Below, in pieces: positions 61,011-64,000 of a DNA stretch of 64,000 nucleotides. This DNA comes from Leucoraja erinacea (lineage: Eukaryota), in NCBI RefSeq assembly GCF_028641065.1, contig NW_026576597.1:496001-560000 (forward strand), given 5' to 3'. Position numbers and translations under genes: made by a program. A model generated the notes under the pieces. That model made no database searches. It saw nothing but the letters and a program-made list of their open reading frames with translations, and was not told the origin of the DNA. Position 1 is the stretch's first letter. Each line of letters begins with the position of its first letter.

Positions 61011-63167
61011 GTAGAATGTTGTGAGAGGCATAGATAGTAGACATTCAGAATTTATCCCCAGGGTGGACATGTCCAACAATAGAGAGTTAAGGTGAGAGGA
61101 AGAAAGTTTTATGGAGATGTGCAAGGCAAGTTTTTGTTGAATGGTAGTGGAGGCCTGGAGCACGTTGCCAGTGGTGGTGGTGAGGACAGACACGATGGTG
61201 GTGACAACAGATACAATGGTGACATTTAGGAGGCTTTTGGATGGACACATGGAAGTGCAGAGGATAGAGGGATATGGATCATGTGCAGGCAGATACGATC
61301 TGTTTATGTTTAGGGCAAACATTGTGGGCTGAAGGGCCATTCATGTGCAGTACTGTCCTAGACTAAACTGAAATGGTTATGTGGCCTTTTAAAGCTGAGC
61401 TTGACCTGCTGGAATTCAAGTTAACAGTGGATTGAATCAAGTTCCAGATGGATGAGGAGGATAGTTTCTCTGTTGGGAGAATCCAGACCGCTGTTTAACA
61501 TAGCTCGGGCAATTTATTTAATTGTTATTTATTACTCTGGTCATGTGAGCACAGTGTTGGAACAAATGAGTAGATTATTTGAAGAGCAAGTGTGTGAAAG
61601 GTTAGCCAGACTAGAGGGAAATATTGAACTAGGGTTAGTTGGATCAACTATTGTCTTGTTATTGACAGAGGGGCTGAGTGGCCTAATTTGCATATTTTTC
61701 CCTTCACTCTCCCTGCAAGTAAATGCTAAATCACCCAATGTCCTTCTCTTCTGGAGTGAGCCAGTCGGTTCCATTCATTGAATTGAATAATCAAATACAT
61801 TTGATTCACCAAGTATGTACACATACAAGGAATTTGCCTTGGTGCTTTGCTCACAAGTAACATTGGCTTTTCCACTGCTGTTTTCCTTGTTTATCTGACT
61901 ATTTTGGAAGGCACATGCAGCTGGCATTCATTGCTTTCAGGCAAGAAATTCCAGATTGTAACTGTTTGATCACTAAATCTGTGACCCCTGGAGCTGGTTT
62001 CCCAAACAGGAATAATCATAACTTGGTATCCAACAGAGTTATAACACGAGTTATAACACCTTAACTCTTAAACACGAGTTAAGTTCTTATAACACCTTAA
62101 AGAACTCTTAAACACGAGTTATAACTCCTCTTGCCTCCCCAAACCAAATCACCAATGGGAGGAGAAGCCATTCAGATTTCAGGGCATGCATGGTGCCATC
62201 CACTGCTAGTTAGTTGTAAATTGGTTGTTGGTTTATCTTGAGTAACCACTGATTGTCACAATGTGTGTAACCGGAACATGTCAAATGTCTATACAATGGT
62301 TTGTGCTTCCTTTACAGCCCCAACAATGTCCCACCATGTCTGTTAGAAATGTTGCCAGGTTATAATTTGAATCTCTTGGTTGTGATCGGTGTCACAGGAT
62401 CCATCTAATGTTGACACTTCCAGTTTGCCCTTGGCTCATGGCTGCAGCAGAGAAACAGCTGTATTGTCCCATTAAACCTGTACCAGGCAGCAGCCACTTA
62501 TTTGCATTGATTCCACTTTTTAATTCTTTCCATATCCTCAAACTTCCAGAAGCTTCTACCCCTTACCCACACACTATGGGGCAGCTTGCAGCAGCCATGG
62601 GTGGAAATCCTGGGAGGGGGGGGAAAGCGAGCAGGCCCATGCTTTGAGAGGTGTGTGACAATAATCCCCATGTTTTGAAATCTGGACCTTTATCAGACTG
62701 GCAGTTCACTTACGGTTGGTGGGCTGGCAGTGCAGTCACTCACGCCTTGTACGCTGGCAGTTCACTCACTCACCCCTACTTCCTTCACCCCCCCCTTGCC
62801 ATTACCTTCCCCCTCCTCCCCCGCACGCATTCAGTCCATCTCCCCACAACCTCCCCCATGCACTCTTAGTGGCTCCCACAGAGCAGCCATTCCTGCCTAA
62901 TAGGTTCCCATAGTGATGAAGAACACGCAGATATGAAAAGTGGAAAAAGGATTTATTAAAGTTTAAAATGTGGATGACTCTTAAAATATGAGAACAATTT
63001 ACATGTTAAAGATGCGAATTATTAAGTTTTTTCTCGTTGTGTCTCATGTTGCTGTTCATTGCATCTTTGTCTCTGCTGTTGATAAAAATATATAATTTAA
63101 GTATAGAGAGATTGAGCGGTCAAATTTTATCAAAGAAAATCTGAGAATTTAACTCGGAAGTCATCAT

Positions 63168-63580
63168 TCAACAAAGCACGCTTTTAATGACAACATTCTT
63201 GGTCGATGTTCCATTCTTCAGGAAAACGTTGACATTTCCCTTCATCTTTCCTCAGCTAAGAGCCACATACAGTTGTACATGCTGAAATACCAGTTTGTCG
63301 CGGTAGATCAACACCTTCTGCATTGTTTGTCCATGTACTTTATGGATCGTCATAGCAAAACTTGATTGAATGGGGAATTGTGTCTGCTGAAGGGGAATGT
63401 CTTCACCTGCTGTTAAATTGAGTGCACACACATCTCTCTGCTCAGCATTCAGCAGAGACCCATTCTCCTCAACAAATTACTGTTCAGTTCTATCGTATTG
63501 CAATCCCTGCAGCAAATCTAGATTGTCATCATCAAGGTGCATCCTTCCATTTCTTGGTTGTGGCAAATTAAAGAATTCTG
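63168..63580 (-). pseudogene. Helitron RepHel PIF1-type helicase remnant
   Basis: QFPIQSSFAMTIHKVHGQTMQKVLIY...VFQHVQLYVALS*...TKNVVIKSVL, plus an upstream LNAEQR. Internally deleted. Confidence 0.85.
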
Positions 63581-63584
63581 TTGT

Positions 63585-64000
63585 TGTAATTTTGGTTCCG
63601 TCTTCACTAAGGAAGACATAAATAATCTGCTGGAAATAACAGGGGACCGGGGGTCAAAGGAGTTGGAGGAACTGAGTGAAATCCAGGTTAGCCGGGAAGT
63701 GGTGTTGGGTAAATTGAATGGATTAAAGGCCGATAAATCCCCAGGGCCAGATAGGCTGCATCCCAGAGTACTTAAGGAAGTAGCCCCAGAAATAGTGGAT
63801 GCATTAGTGATAATTTTTCAAAACTCTTTAGATTCTGGAGTAGTTCCTGAGGATTGGAGGGTAGCTAATGTAACCACACTTTTTAAAAAGGGAGGGAGAG
63901 AGAAAACGGGGAATTACAGACCAGTTAGTCTAACATCGGTAGTGGGGAAACTGCTAGAGTCGGTTATTAAAGATGGGATAGCAGCACATTTGGAAAGTGG
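63585..64000 (+). mobile_element. CR1 ORF2 fragment running off the window
   Basis: KSPGPDRLHPRVLKE...VPEDWRVANVTTLFKKG...NYRPVSLTS. Confidence 0.92.

Noticed and set aside
61660-61781. Possible exon 2 of the second gene after ttgacag
   Set aside because: It has a weak acceptor, no recognisable domain and no good donor.

Overview
Vertebrate genomic DNA, most likely a cartilaginous fish (skate or ray), judged from HE1-type V-SINEs, CR1 LINEs, Penelope-like elements and the MHC sequence. The main feature is an intact, very long (~42.5 kb) MHC class II alpha gene of the classical shark DAA type on the + strand. It has an X-Y promoter at ~6246-6289 and four coding exons (6452-6515, 15605-15853, 27440-27721, 35928-36073; 741 nt, 246 aa). 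A probable non-coding terminal exon lies at ~48849-48990. A second, unidentified gene begins at ~56199 with a signal-peptide exon and a promoter of four CCAAT/Y boxes at exact 25-bp spacing plus TATA. The rest is repeat-derived: CR1, L2, Rex1, RTE and Tx1 LINEs; Penelope-like elements with minimal hammerhead ribozyme motifs; a DIRS-like tyrosine-recombinase element; head-to-tail Helitron chains; an Academ-like TIR element with nested Helitrons; two long G4-prone minisatellites; and kilobase-scale C/T tracts. There are two assembly gaps. All long Pro-rich or Gly-rich ORFs in the track are repeat artefacts. Family assignments come from motif recognition and memory of the families, not database searches.
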